DNA of 64,000 nucleotides from Owenia fusiformis (Eukaryota): NCBI GenBank assembly GCA_903813345.2, contig CAIIXF020000001.1, positions 29,140,001 to 29,204,000 of the forward strand, read 5' to 3'. Shown piece by piece: positions 25,001 to 34,904 of this stretch (position 1 is its first letter; each line of letters starts with the position of its first letter). The notes under the pieces were generated by a model. It saw only the letters and a program-made list of their open reading frames with translations, ran no database searches and was not told where the DNA came from. The position numbers and the translations under genes were made by a program.

Positions 25001-26335
25001 AAAAACATCTTGATTTTGTAACAGAAAATTCTTAACTCTGGAACGGTCGCGATCTGACAAGTTTTCCGTTGAATCGTCAATCAGATGTCTTAAATGGTCC
25101 GGTATATCTTCATACGTCTTTTCCAGAGATTGGTATTCAATGCCACCAGCTGCAATGTTATTTCCAGTCACTCGTTCATACCTTGCTACACCATCGTCAT
25201 GAGAACAGAGGGCGTGACCTGGACAATCAATCATCCTAGCGGTATAGGGCTGCCCGAGGTGCGCGTTCGGCACGTCATCTAAGGACTTTCCAGCCTCACT
25301 TTCCAGCGCCTCGTCAGCTACAGCAGTGCAAGGGGTCAGACCTGAACATAATCTCAGATCCCTAGTTAGGACGTTTCCAGCGCATAAGGGATCGTCAGTC
25401 TCTGAATGATCGTCATCATCGCATCGAGACTCCCCAATTACGTCACGAGGTAAAATGTCAGGTCGTAGTCTGGCACGTTTGCCCTTCACCCCCTGTGGAC
25501 CATCTCTCATTGAATTACCAATTTCCGGATAAGTACCACCCTCAATGTCAAGTTTTTCCCCACAAGAAACAACAGGATCCCCTATGTTAAACATTGGTTC
25601 CCCAGTCGCTACTGCAGTATTCTTGTAAAGGAACAAGGGTTCTAAACTAAGATTAGCCAATCTAATTGGAATAAAAGGTTGACTAGGGTCAACAAGGGAT
25701 TTGGCAATAATCAGGGGAGGAAATTTTTCTCTATCTGCCAAATTCCCATTCATTTCAATTAACAGAGGTGTATCACCCAAGTGTTGACATTGTACTTTTC
25801 CGGGAACAATCATTTCTGTCATGGGAGGCACTCTGACAGTATCTTGCATTAAAATTCGGCACTTGGTAGACAAATCAGTTTCTAATATACAATCAAAATC
25901 TTTGCCATGCATAGTCAACAGTGCATCCCCGACATTAAGGATTGCCTTTTGATTCTTTAAAAAATCGTAGCCTAACACAGCCGGAGTGGTTATGTCGGCC
26001 ACTAATAATGTTTGAACCACCCGTATACCCTGACCTAAATAAAATCCACATTCAATTCTACCATGACACTTTACTTTGTTACCATTTGCCACGGATATAT
26101 TCAAATTGCTTGTTTTACATTGTTCGAACACTCCTAATAATTTGCTAGTTTCAGTCGACAATATGCTCACATTTGCACCGGTATCGATTAATGCAGGAAC
26201 AGTAATTTCCCCAAAATTCAATTGCAAATATAAGCCATTGTAACGACTATCGGTCAAATGATTAAATATATAGGGTCTTTTGGAATCATCAGTCGAAGTC
26301 TGACCCTGTGACTCGACTATTGATCGTTTCCCGAA
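22025..26335 (-). CDS. pol: Gypsy Pol polyprotein (protease, RT, RNase H, integrase), expressed by -1 frameshift from gag
   Basis: ALIDTGA (PR), YLDD (RT), LDTDAS...ELLA...TDH (RH), H-H-C-C plus D,D,E and GPY (IN). Frame is open from 26335, overlapping the gag end in the -1 frame. Confidence 0.96.
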   Translation of the reverse strand, partial: FGKRSIVESQGQTSTDDSKRPYIFNHLTDSRYNGLYLQLNFGEITVPALIDTGANVSILSTETSKLLGVFEQCKTSNLNISVANGNKVKCHGRIECGFYLGQGIRVVQTLLVADITTPAVLGYDFLKNQKAILNVGDALLTMHGKDFDCILETDLSTKCRILMQDTVRVPPMTEMIVPGKVQCQHLGDTPLLIEMNGNLADREKFPPLIIAKSLVDPSQPFIPIRLANLSLEPLFLYKNTAVATGEPMFNIGDPVVSCGEKLDIEGGTYPEIGNSMRDGPQGVKGKRARLRPDILPRDVIGESRCDDDDHSETDDPLCAGNVLTRDLRLCSGLTPCTAVADEALESEAGKSLDDVPNAHLGQPYTARMIDCPGHALCSHDDGVARYERVTGNNIAAGGIEYQSLEKTYEDIPDHLRHLIDDSTENLSDRDRSRVKNFLLQNQDVFAKSKFDLGKTEVIKHKIDTGNARPIKQPVRRVPLSKQTDYDKALDEMIEHDIVKPSKSPWASPVVMVPKKDGSYRYCIDFRQLNDVTIKDAYPLPRIDDTLDSLCGSKYFTVLDLASGFWQIAMDDADAEKTAFCTKHGLYEFNVMAFGLANAPATFQRLMECVFAGLSPEMCLVYLDDIIVFSKDVESHLEKLGQVFEKLRSSGLKLSPKKCKLFQKEVSYLGHVVSEDGVKIDRKKTEAIVKWPVPRTVKQIQSFVGYCSYYRKFIPGFSGLARPLFKLTEKGVPFVWSGDCQFAFEELKRLYLSSALLAYPDKSKEFILDTDASACQVGAVLQQEVDGEMKVVSHYSKSLSKPERNYCVTRLELLAIVRAVKVFHHYLYGSRFKVRTDHGSLAWLLRFKHPEGQIARWLELLGQYDFKIEHRPGTKHLNADGMSRRPCTDCAYCERQEKLGRVPGKEEALTDPEANLLLRSFDVIFDSNLEPELVHTLKLRNLPVSGCTWAPGISLKEYEEALAQDPCLLTIKNWLKVGNRPDWADVSDKSPTFKHYWSQWDRFKLEQGIIYRKWVDTDTGIISWQIVVPENMRQTILKMTHGALDSGHFGVNKSLDRLRAKYYWVGFKSDLARWVAGCLLCQRRNPPNKKHRTPMKQYNVGAPLERIAIDILGVLPESLFGNKYVVSIEDYFTKVLALVPVPNQEAATVAEALLHHFICIYGSPLQIHSDQGAQFESKLFKELCEMFRMSKTRTTPYHPQSDGMVERSNRTVEAMLSKIVASDQRDWDRCLPFVVSAYNSAVHATTGYSPNFLMFGREVRTSTDLLLGPPPEIERGELDSTCHTKYCEKLQEVLLNIHEAARGNIQLSSDRQKRGYDVKANLKSFEKGSRVWVHIPAVKVGQTPKFALKWHGPYEVAEKIDDLRYLIKINERDTRVIHHDRLKTFISQNTNESLDQETETPVENSQPSDFENAPEIENSRRQRTRKKPEWLTDYVIE
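26272..26332 (-). other. -1 programmed ribosomal frameshift signal (slippery heptamer + H-type pseudoknot)
   Basis: G GGA AAC at 26332-26326 in gag frame; 6-nt spacer; stem 1 UAGUCGAGUC/GACUUCGACUG; loop AGGGUC pairs with downstream GACCCU (26277-26272). Confidence 0.8.
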
Positions 26336-28371
26336 CTATTTTGAATCTGCTTCCGGCATTCACGCATGTAATGATCTGCAGATCCACAAATCCAACAACA
26401 CCGGTTGCCATTTCTCGCTTTGGGATGCTTATTTGGACAATATGTGGAAAAGTGTTCTTTCGATCTACAAATTCCGCAAGGTCTTGATGGACGCCGATCA
26501 TTGTCATTCTGATTCCGTTCAGATAAGGATTTTTCCAAGGTTTGGATTCTAGATTCCATTTCCGAGAATGTCATCTTGTTAACGGCAAGGTTAGTCTCAA
26601 CCAATAAAGTGGAATTATCATCACGCCCAATATTTGGAGTCAATCGCTTCGCTCGCCCTCTTTTGAAAGATTCATATTTTAAAGCACTTGTCAACGCTTC
26701 GTTAAGAGTTTTCGGACTTGTGGATTGGACATGCCATTCCATTGCACTATCATTTAATGCGTCAATAAACGAGGTCATCGCAAAATATTCAATGGTTTCG
26801 CGAGGGATATTTTTGAAAGCTTCCCTCGATAAGCGCCTAACATCTTGCGCCAATTCCTCCAACGATTCTTTGGATCCGCGTAACTTATTTTTCAACTTTG
26901 CCCTAGAAGTTTCATTTTGCTCCGGCGGCTCAAAACGGTACTTCAGGGCGTCCACAAGCAATTGATAATCAAAACGGTCTTCTAAACTTAAGTCGGCTAA
27001 AATGGCCAAAGCAGTGCCCTCTAAATGACCCACAAGTTGTAAAGCTTTTGCCCGGTTATCCCATCCATTCTCATACGCAATGGTTTCAAACTGAGCCAAG
27101 TAATTAGTTAGGCTAGTCTTCCCATCATACTTACCACATTTTGGAAGTTTGTTACCAAACACACTGGCTGGGAGAGATATATTCTGTCCCACTCCAGTGA
27201 CATTACTAATGGGGTTGGGTGCCCTACGACGATCATTGTCGTCATAGCGATCACGCCCCGAACGGTGGGCACTAAAACTATGATCGTTAGTCCGCCCTCG
27301 CGGAAAATTATTGCTACCCGAGCTATCAATTCCATCGGAATAGCCTGAATCATTATATCTATTGGAACCGGACTCAAAAACACCCCCACTTTTCCCCTGG
27401 TAACCTGATACATCGCGGTTAGAATCATTAATTGATGGGTTAACATAGTCGCTATCCTCAAGGTCCTTTCCATAATTACCACTGCAAGGGGTGTTAGGGG
27501 GCACCCTCAACCCAGGTCCACCCATTCCACTTCCGGTGAAGTTGGACCCATTTGCCCTTGCTATACTACTCCGGTGAAATACGGAATCTGAAAATTGTAC
27601 ATGATTTTTAGATAACCCATCCCCCTGATTAAAGATGGGCTTCCGTGTAACGTTAGATGATAATTTTGGCTCGGCAATATGTCCACCAGACATGGGAATA
27701 CTAATTTGAGACGATAACAAAGGCCTTTTATTAATCGCCCCAATTCCGACATGATGGTTCTCCGTGCGCGATGGCATAGGCGTAGATACCCGGTTTAACT
27801 GATTTTTTACAGGCGTTGTCATGGATGGCCGAGCAGGCGCTAATGTACGCCTATTCAGGTCATCATTAAATAATTTTGCTGCCTGATCATTATCAGAGAA
27901 GATGGTAAATTCCTCCTGCCTTTGCAAGGGAGGAGGAAGATGCCATCTTTCAATGGGAGCAGAACGGGAACGGTTACCCTGCGCATGAGCACCGTTATCG
28001 CTACCGCTATCCTTTCGAGTTTCTTCCGCGTCATCCGGATCAGTTTTAACATCTGGCATTATATTTTCCTTATCGAACAAATAAGATTTATCATCAACAT
28101 TCAATTCCGTTTTCACAATAGTGGGCCTAGGGTTAATGCGTTCCCCCGTATCCCCCTCACTGGTGGTTGTCATGACCTTGTTGTCCCAGGACAGAGTGGT
28201 ATCGTCTGGGGGGCCTGTTTCTTTTAATGGCTGCGGCCCGCCAAATTCCACCTCCCCGTCCCGGTAATTCAAAATGGTTACAGACTCCTCGACATCCTGT
28301 CGAGAAGGCTGGGTAACAATTCCATCCGCCACAGCTGACGGAGAGCTATCCTCAAGATGTTGTTCCATCAT
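26317..28371 (-). CDS. gag: Gypsy Gag (long low-complexity N-terminus, capsid-like region, two CCHC zinc knuckles)
   Basis: KYDGKTSLTNYLAQFE...NGWD capsid-like region; CGICRSKEHFSTYC and CWICGSADHYMREC. Confidence 0.92.
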   Translation of the reverse strand: MMEQHLEDSSPSAVADGIVTQPSRQDVEESVTILNYRDGEVEFGGPQPLKETGPPDDTTLSWDNKVMTTTSEGDTGERINPRPTIVKTELNVDDKSYLFDKENIMPDVKTDPDDAEETRKDSGSDNGAHAQGNRSRSAPIERWHLPPPLQRQEEFTIFSDNDQAAKLFNDDLNRRTLAPARPSMTTPVKNQLNRVSTPMPSRTENHHVGIGAINKRPLLSSQISIPMSGGHIAEPKLSSNVTRKPIFNQGDGLSKNHVQFSDSVFHRSSIARANGSNFTGSGMGGPGLRVPPNTPCSGNYGKDLEDSDYVNPSINDSNRDVSGYQGKSGGVFESGSNRYNDSGYSDGIDSSGSNNFPRGRTNDHSFSAHRSGRDRYDDNDRRRAPNPISNVTGVGQNISLPASVFGNKLPKCGKYDGKTSLTNYLAQFETIAYENGWDNRAKALQLVGHLEGTALAILADLSLEDRFDYQLLVDALKYRFEPPEQNETSRAKLKNKLRGSKESLEELAQDVRRLSREAFKNIPRETIEYFAMTSFIDALNDSAMEWHVQSTSPKTLNEALTSALKYESFKRGRAKRLTPNIGRDDNSTLLVETNLAVNKMTFSEMESRIQTLEKSLSERNQNDNDRRPSRPCGICRSKEHFSTYCPNKHPKARNGNRCCWICGSADHYMRECRKQIQNSSGNDQ

Positions 28372-29205
28372 TAAATATTAGTCACGTGATCACTTATTGT
28401 CTTTAAGATCGATTACGACGCACTCAGCAAGATAGAAATATGAACTAATTCACCAAACTATTTGTACAACGAAGCAAGCAAGCAAATCACTTAATAATTT
28501 TAATTAAGATCGTTAAAATTTAATTGGTAAATCCAACCCAATTTAAGTGGATGATTTATAAAACTTAAAAAGATTTCAACTCCGCTTTTATTGTTATTCA
28601 AAGCTATTAGCGGAAAACACACTAAAATCTTAATGGTAAAGAATCTTGTGGTCGGGGTACTATAATACCAAAAGGTAATAAATTACGGCCAAATTAGCAA
28701 GTGTTCAAGATCAAAGGTCGACTTAACCTTACGCTAGGAGTAAAATGAGTCACTCTTGAATAAAATTTCAATCCCAGAACAGAATAAAGTATGCAAATGT
28801 TCAAATAAAAATAGTTTTATATGAATTATTCCTACTGCCAACTTAGCACAAAATCAAAATATTCTTAAAAAGTCTTTAATTAATTATTCAGGAGTAGGCG
28901 TGTAAAACTATGTACACGATTGAATAAGGTTTTAATTTCAAACTCCCGATAACATGAGACAGTGTGTATATATTCCTGCACAACTGTACAGAATCTACAG
29001 ATATAGCAACTTGAATAACTTAACCAAAAGCAATGTCAAATGTACGGGAAATATATCAGCGATCTCTGATTAATAAACGGTTAAGCGAGAGATTTACAAG
29101 CACATTCACCACCACCACGATTAGTGTAAATTAAACTAAAATCCAAGCAAAAGTAATTTAAATGAAAAAGTATGAGAGGGTTCCTTAAAAGAAGTGTTTA
29201 AGAAT

Positions 29206-29226
29206 ATCTCACCAGAGCTGCCACCA
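29206..29226 (-). other. Primer binding site, tRNA-Leu-like
   Basis: TGGTGGCAGCTCTGGTGAGAT, 1 nt inside the 5' LTR boundary; resembles the complement of a eukaryotic tRNA-Leu 3' end (TGGTGGCAGCGGTGGGAT) with a 3-nt insertion and one mismatch. Confidence 0.75.
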
Positions 29227-29227
29227 T

Positions 29228-30978
29228 TATAAAATACCATCCAATAACCCGGAAGTGAATTATAGAAATATAGGTAGCGTGAGCCAGAACAAAGAGAGAT
29301 TGGACTAGTACTTCATAAGAAATTACTAATGAGGTAAGTGATGAATCGGTGTCGGGAATATGATGGAATGATAGGTCTAGTGTAAAAGGGTGAAGTTACA
29401 AGGTGAAATATAAACCTACACAAATACAACACAGCAAGCTAAAAAGAATAAGGGATTAGGTACTTTAAATATCACCACACCAACTACCAACTAATAGTAA
29501 ATCACACAAGAAATATATTCATTCAATAAAGTCTATTCTATTATACTTGCGTTTTATGTCACAACTGAAATATATATGTACAATGCGAATAAATAGTATT
29601 TAAATTATATAGATTATAATTTACATAAATGCTTAATGTCTTTAAATCTATTAGAATGAAATTAAACTCAATAACGCTGAAATCTGCAGTCTGATAAAAT
29701 GTCTTCAAAATTATGACCGGGATACTACTTCCAATCAGAACAGAATTGCCAACAACGATCTTGTAATAAAGTTGAATTTTATGCCCTCTATAAATTCAGT
29801 CGGGAACTAATAGCATGAAAAGTGACGTCAGCTATGCGTTAAAAGCCCGAACGAGATTTTGATAAATGGGAAAGAGCTGTGAACTTTCAACCGTCAAAGA
29901 CTAAGGATGTTATTTTAAACACCAGAGGTGCAAACTCAATGGAATGTGCCCGTAAGGACTTCTTTCAATTACGATTAATATTCAAGTTCAAGTTAAAAGC
30001 TGTCTAGGATACAATAATCCACAAAGATGCTCAAGTTTTAACGAATGAATCCTAGACTTCAAAAGTGACGTATGTGATCACGTGACTAAGTCGTCTGCTC
30101 CCCAAAGTTATGATTTAATTTGATCAATATTTCCCTATAATTGATAACGTGAATCTCTATTCTGTACTATCTTGAACCTTCCCAGCATATGGGCTTATCA
30201 GGACAAACTCCCAATCTTGTTCAACTGTTACAGACTGCAGATTAACACCGTTAGAAAATATGTGCGGGAAAAAATGAAAGTTTCAAAATGTTTCTTCAAA
30301 GTTCAATTATCGATCAATATTACTGTCTTAAATCCCTTCACTCCCTTATGGAATGCTATGGATTTCTATACAGTACTAAAAATTAACTTACCCAAACGCC
30401 AACACCCCGCTTTTGGTCAAAAATTACGTTGCTCATGAATCCGTGGTGAATGTAGCCCAACTTCTCGAGATGTGTTCAAAGCCAAGGGTACTGTGCTGTG
30501 GCGAGTATTTTCCGAATCTTAGCTCAGCGGTGCGGGAATTGTTACATTGTATCCGCAAAATGCACTTGTTTATATAGCAACAAATGGACATACGCAATTT
30601 CGGGGACGACGTAGGGAGAAATATATGTAATGTTACTAAAAATGGGATATTACCAAGGTTTTTAGAGCTACTTAGGGTAGTAAAAAAGGCAGAAAGAGCA
30701 GCTTATTGGACAGGAATTATGAGGTAGGGACTGAGAAAATGATGTCACTTTGAAAAGTGACGCAAAGTTGAGACTGCAAATTCAGCGCTTTACAATGATA
30801 AATAGGTTTTCTCTATAAATATACTAGCTCTGATACGATGATTCTGGCATACGTATTGCAATAATGTGATCATGTTAAAGGGACAGGATATGGTTAAATA
30901 CTGATTATAGATATTAAAGGGACACACACTGGATAAATACGATATAATAAATAGCTATATACAGGGTGGGTCTCTACA
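29228..30978 (-). repeat. 5' LTR (1751 bp) with TATA box at 30576-30569
   Basis: Direct repeat of 19283-21033; TATATAAA on the element strand ~400 bp from the 5' end. Confidence 0.95.
30392..30436 (-). CDS. Retrotransposon accessory ORF, exon 1 (inside 5' LTR): MSNVIFDQKRGVGVW
   Basis: First open ATG downstream of the LTR TATA box; 15 codons end at consensus donor TGG|GTAAGT in phase 0, matching the phase-0 acceptor at 21667. Confidence 0.65.
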
Positions 30979-31462
30979 CTACAGGCCTTTAGGAAAACCA
31001 TGCACATGCATACATGTACATGTACACCCCAAGTTTTAGATTAGATAATATTCTTATAAACAATAGACCTTTCATGCAAAGAATTAAGTTTTATTTATAG
31101 GACATGCACATTGTATATCACATCAACAAGTTATTGTTATTAGATCCTTTTTCTAATTGTTTCTTTGTATAGTTACAAATGACAGATTTTTCTTTATGAA
31201 GCATACATATTCATATTGGTGTTTGTATACCATAAAAACCTTAACGTTCAATTCACTTAGTAAAAAGGAATAAAAACATAGATAGACATATAGATTTCCA
31301 TTTACCATCTTATTAGGTCATTCCATTATAACTTTCTAATCTTTTATTTCTCAGCACAGTCTGTTTACTGTGGTAGTCCTGAGATCTCATTTAATAGAAG
31401 AAATTAGAATTATATGGTGATAATAAAGATTTAAATAATTGTCCATAAAGTCTCTTTACAGT

Positions 31463-31591
31463 TACAATACAATACAATTATACAATACAATACAATTGTA
31501 CAATACAATACAATACAATACATTTGTACAATACAATACAATTGTACAATACAATACAATACAATTGTACAATACAATACAATACAATACA
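31463..31591 (+). repeat. (TACAA)n microsatellite
   Basis: Imperfect pentanucleotide run with TTGTACAA variants. Confidence 0.9.
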
Positions 31592-34417
31592 AAGACTGTA
31601 AAGATGTATAAACAGACTTTATCATTCTGATACTAATAGCATCTTTCTGTTTCACCTCAGGGCTGAGAAGAAATGAGATGTCATGGTTTATCATGATAGA
31701 TTTTATAGACACCCTGTATGTTGTATAGACAAATGAGAATACCATAGCCTGGTGTATTCAAGCAAATGGCAATTTGACAATATGTATATCAATATGCACC
31801 TTGAATATCATTAAATATTGATTTATTTTTGCTTTTTCACCATATGCACAAATCAGACCTCTGAACCATATGAAACAATCCATCGACATTTTGAAAACAT
31901 TCATATTGAATTACTGTAAATTAGTTTGGACACCCTGTATTGATGTAGCCTGGTATGATACCTCTCAAATTTTAACTGAAAAATATTAATATGGACATTT
32001 TTCTCATTGAAACTATGAATATGAAGTTTAATACACTCATATTTTATAGTGATTAATTGCCTTAATCTCACTTTTTGCCTCACCTATCTCAATTTGCCTC
32101 ACCTAATATAAGATCCTGACTACCAGTGCCTAGTTAGTTCAGGTTTCTTAAATGTCAACAGTCGAAGAGGAACATTTCATCTAAAAAGCGCATAAACCTT
32201 ATCACATACACAATAGTAAGAAACTTTTCATCAAACTATGAAAATCGTACCTACTTGTTTTATTTATTACAGACAAGGTTATTTCATTTTTCTTAAATAC
32301 AGTGTACTTGGTTATTTCATTTAACATCAAAACTTGGTTATACACACTTATTTCTTCATGCACATTTTGTCATTTATTTTATCTTAAACGCAGAATCTGA
32401 TCTATAGGGGGTGACAAAATTACAAGCAACATGTATAATTGACCTACCAATCCATTCCTTACAATATCAAATACAATGTACAATATCTCCCAAAAGATTC
32501 ACAATATGTTATAAATTGGTGAAGTAATTAATTATTCAAAGTGCAAAAATGAGTGAAAAATGTTTAAATTCTCCCAAATAATAAGAATGGTAACCATTCT
32601 TATAGAAAAATAATACATTATTGTAAAAATATCTATTAGTTTTCCTGGAATAAAGTATGCACATTTGTGATTTTTAGAAAATAAACATGAAAAGGAATGA
32701 CATGAGCCAGAAATATTCTAAAATTGAAACAATTTTTTGTTTAGCCTGCTTGCTATATCTGATTCTCTCTTTAAAGGATTGCTTGTCAGAATATTATTCA
32801 TTATTTTAAACTCATCTTTGATTTTATAGTTCTGATATTTCTGCTATATTTCATAACTTTCAATTGACAGCTCAACATGACATCAGATTTAGTTCTCTCT
32901 CGGATAATACAGGAAATATTATCTAAATTGTACAAATGCCGGAAAAAATAATAATTGATCATAATCATGTGATTAATCAATCAAATTATGAGTCATGTTT
33001 TAATATAAGATTGAAATATGTGCTCAGTTTTATCTTATGTGAAAAGGCTAGCTCTTGTTTAACATGTGATTTGCACTATACCGTCATTATCATCTGTGAA
33101 ATGGATCAATGCCACTAAGTCAGCAAAATGCTTTGTAAATGCCAGATTTATTGTTTAATAGGCAACATGTATCGGTAACTATGGTAACCTACAATGTGTA
33201 AGCCTTATTTAGCCTATAAATGATCATTATTATTGTGATTAATGTCCGCATACCTGGTTTTATAATTGTAAACAAAGCTGTATTAGGGTTTTTAAAGGTT
33301 AGTAAGACATAATTAATTTACAGTGTAACATGGAACAATGGAATAACTTCATCAATTGCTGTGAAATCTTTTGGTATAAATTTAAGTCAATTAATCAAAT
33401 TATTTAAGTACTTGATGGTACACTGTACTTTGTTGAATATTTCTCTTCTTTTTTTAAACAGGAATCATATCATTGAAATTTGGACACAATGTAAAATTTA
33501 CCTATACAAACTTTAGGCGACTTCAACTCATAGTCGTCATTTCAGACTTCACTGACTATGTTCCTTCCACCTGAACCACTTTCTCACAACACAAAACCAG
33601 TTCTTTAGTTGCGAACTACTAGTTCTCTCCCCTCCCTCTTACCTGAACTTTGGATTGAAAACATTTTTTGGAAAATTATTATTATTTTTTGATCCTGTAT
33701 TTAAAGCTTGAAAATGTATTTTTATTGACTAGAATAAAACATTTGTTGTCTCCCCCCTCAATTGCATTATTGATCCAGCCATTGAAATCTATTTAACATC
33801 ATATATCTAATGATTATAATTCAAAACAGGATTTCTGTCTAATATGTAGATTTTATGGTCTGTGTATATAGTCGGCAGGTGATGCACTGCAGTTGACATT
33901 GAACGTTGTTGAAAACAATTATGTTTTGTTTTTATGCAAATTAAACAGAGAAACTGATTCAATTGTAAATGCAATCTATGAATGCTGGTAGTGAGTAGGG
34001 ATGTTGCCTCATTTTTGAAAGGAAAGCCACTTATTGCTAGGGCTCCCACGATACACTTCTTTTAATATCGATTTCACAAAAATATGAAAATCAAAAAATC
34101 AAAACTGTTCAGTCTTTTGGTAGTACTACTCATCTGACATTAACGCTAATTTATTACCAATACATTCTTTATTTGAAGTCCCATTGTTAGATTTGAATTG
34201 TTACCATGCTGAGTCCAGGACACGCATGAGAATAAACAAAGAAAACAAACTAGAAATTCTGTACTCTCATGTTTTGTCTGTCAGCCATTTTTTGTATTAG
34301 CTATATCAATATGTTAAGAAGGTAACCAAAAACTATATGGTCAGGTCACAAGTTTTTTCATGGAAAGCCAGCGAAATGAAAGTTTCTCAAACAAAATTGT
34401 AATCACATTTAAGTTAA

Positions 34418-34904
34418 ACCTGCACATTGCTCCAAAACGCAATATGTTGACATATATTGTTTTTGCATTTTCAAGCTCTAATATAAAGTTAATCTAAATG
34501 AAACTTGTTTTTTCTGCATAATATCAAAGAACAATCATCTAGTTGAAAAAAATAAAAAAGTTCATGCGGGATTCGAACCCGGGCCTCATGCGTGCTGAGC
34601 GAGCATTCTACCGCAAGGCCACCAAGTATTATGAATGATAGGAGTTATTAAACGCAACTTATGCTCAATGCTATAATTCGGAAGTGACGTCACGTTCTTA
34701 ATTTAGAAACCTTTCCAAAATCATATTGTCATCACCAATCGAAGCAATTCAATGAAAAATCTTTGAAATGACACATTTATCGTAAGTATTTATGCACAAG
34801 ATTTTCCCCATTTGTTCATCATTCTATAATCTTTCATTCAGCTCAAAATGATAAAGTTCACCCCTGAAACAACCCAAGATTGCGTTTCGGGGCAAAGAGC
34901 AGCT
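34418..34904. mobile_element. TIR-bounded non-autonomous DNA transposon (TTAA-flanked, possibly Kolobok-like) carrying a tRNA-like segment
   Basis: Left ACCTGCACATTGCTCCAAAACGCAAT versus right ATTGCGTTTCGGGGCAAAGAGCAGCT (imperfect TIR); flanks TTAA / TTTA. Confidence 0.5.
34564..34626 (-). pseudogene. tRNA-derived (Ala-AGC-like) sequence with Pol III A and B boxes
   Basis: Minus strand GGTGGCCTTGCGGTAGAATGCTCGCTCAGCACGCATGAGGCCCGGGTTCGAATCCCG: A-box-like TGGCCTTGCGG, B-box GGTTCGAATCC; acceptor stem not intact. Confidence 0.55.

Larger units (their letters stand above)
19283..30978 (-). mobile_element. Intact Ty3/gypsy LTR retrotransposon (11,696 bp)
   Basis: Direct LTRs 29228-30978 (5') and 19283-21033 (3'); 4-bp TSD CTAC (19279-19282 / 30979-30982); PBS, PPT, gag, and pol in PR-RT-RH-IN order. 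Confidence 0.97.

Noticed and set aside
31431-31745. ORFs rich in IVLYC / YNTIQ
   Set aside because: Translation of the (TACAA)n microsatellite.
34564-34626. Functional tRNA gene
   Set aside because: Acceptor and anticodon stems are not intact; embedded in a repeat.
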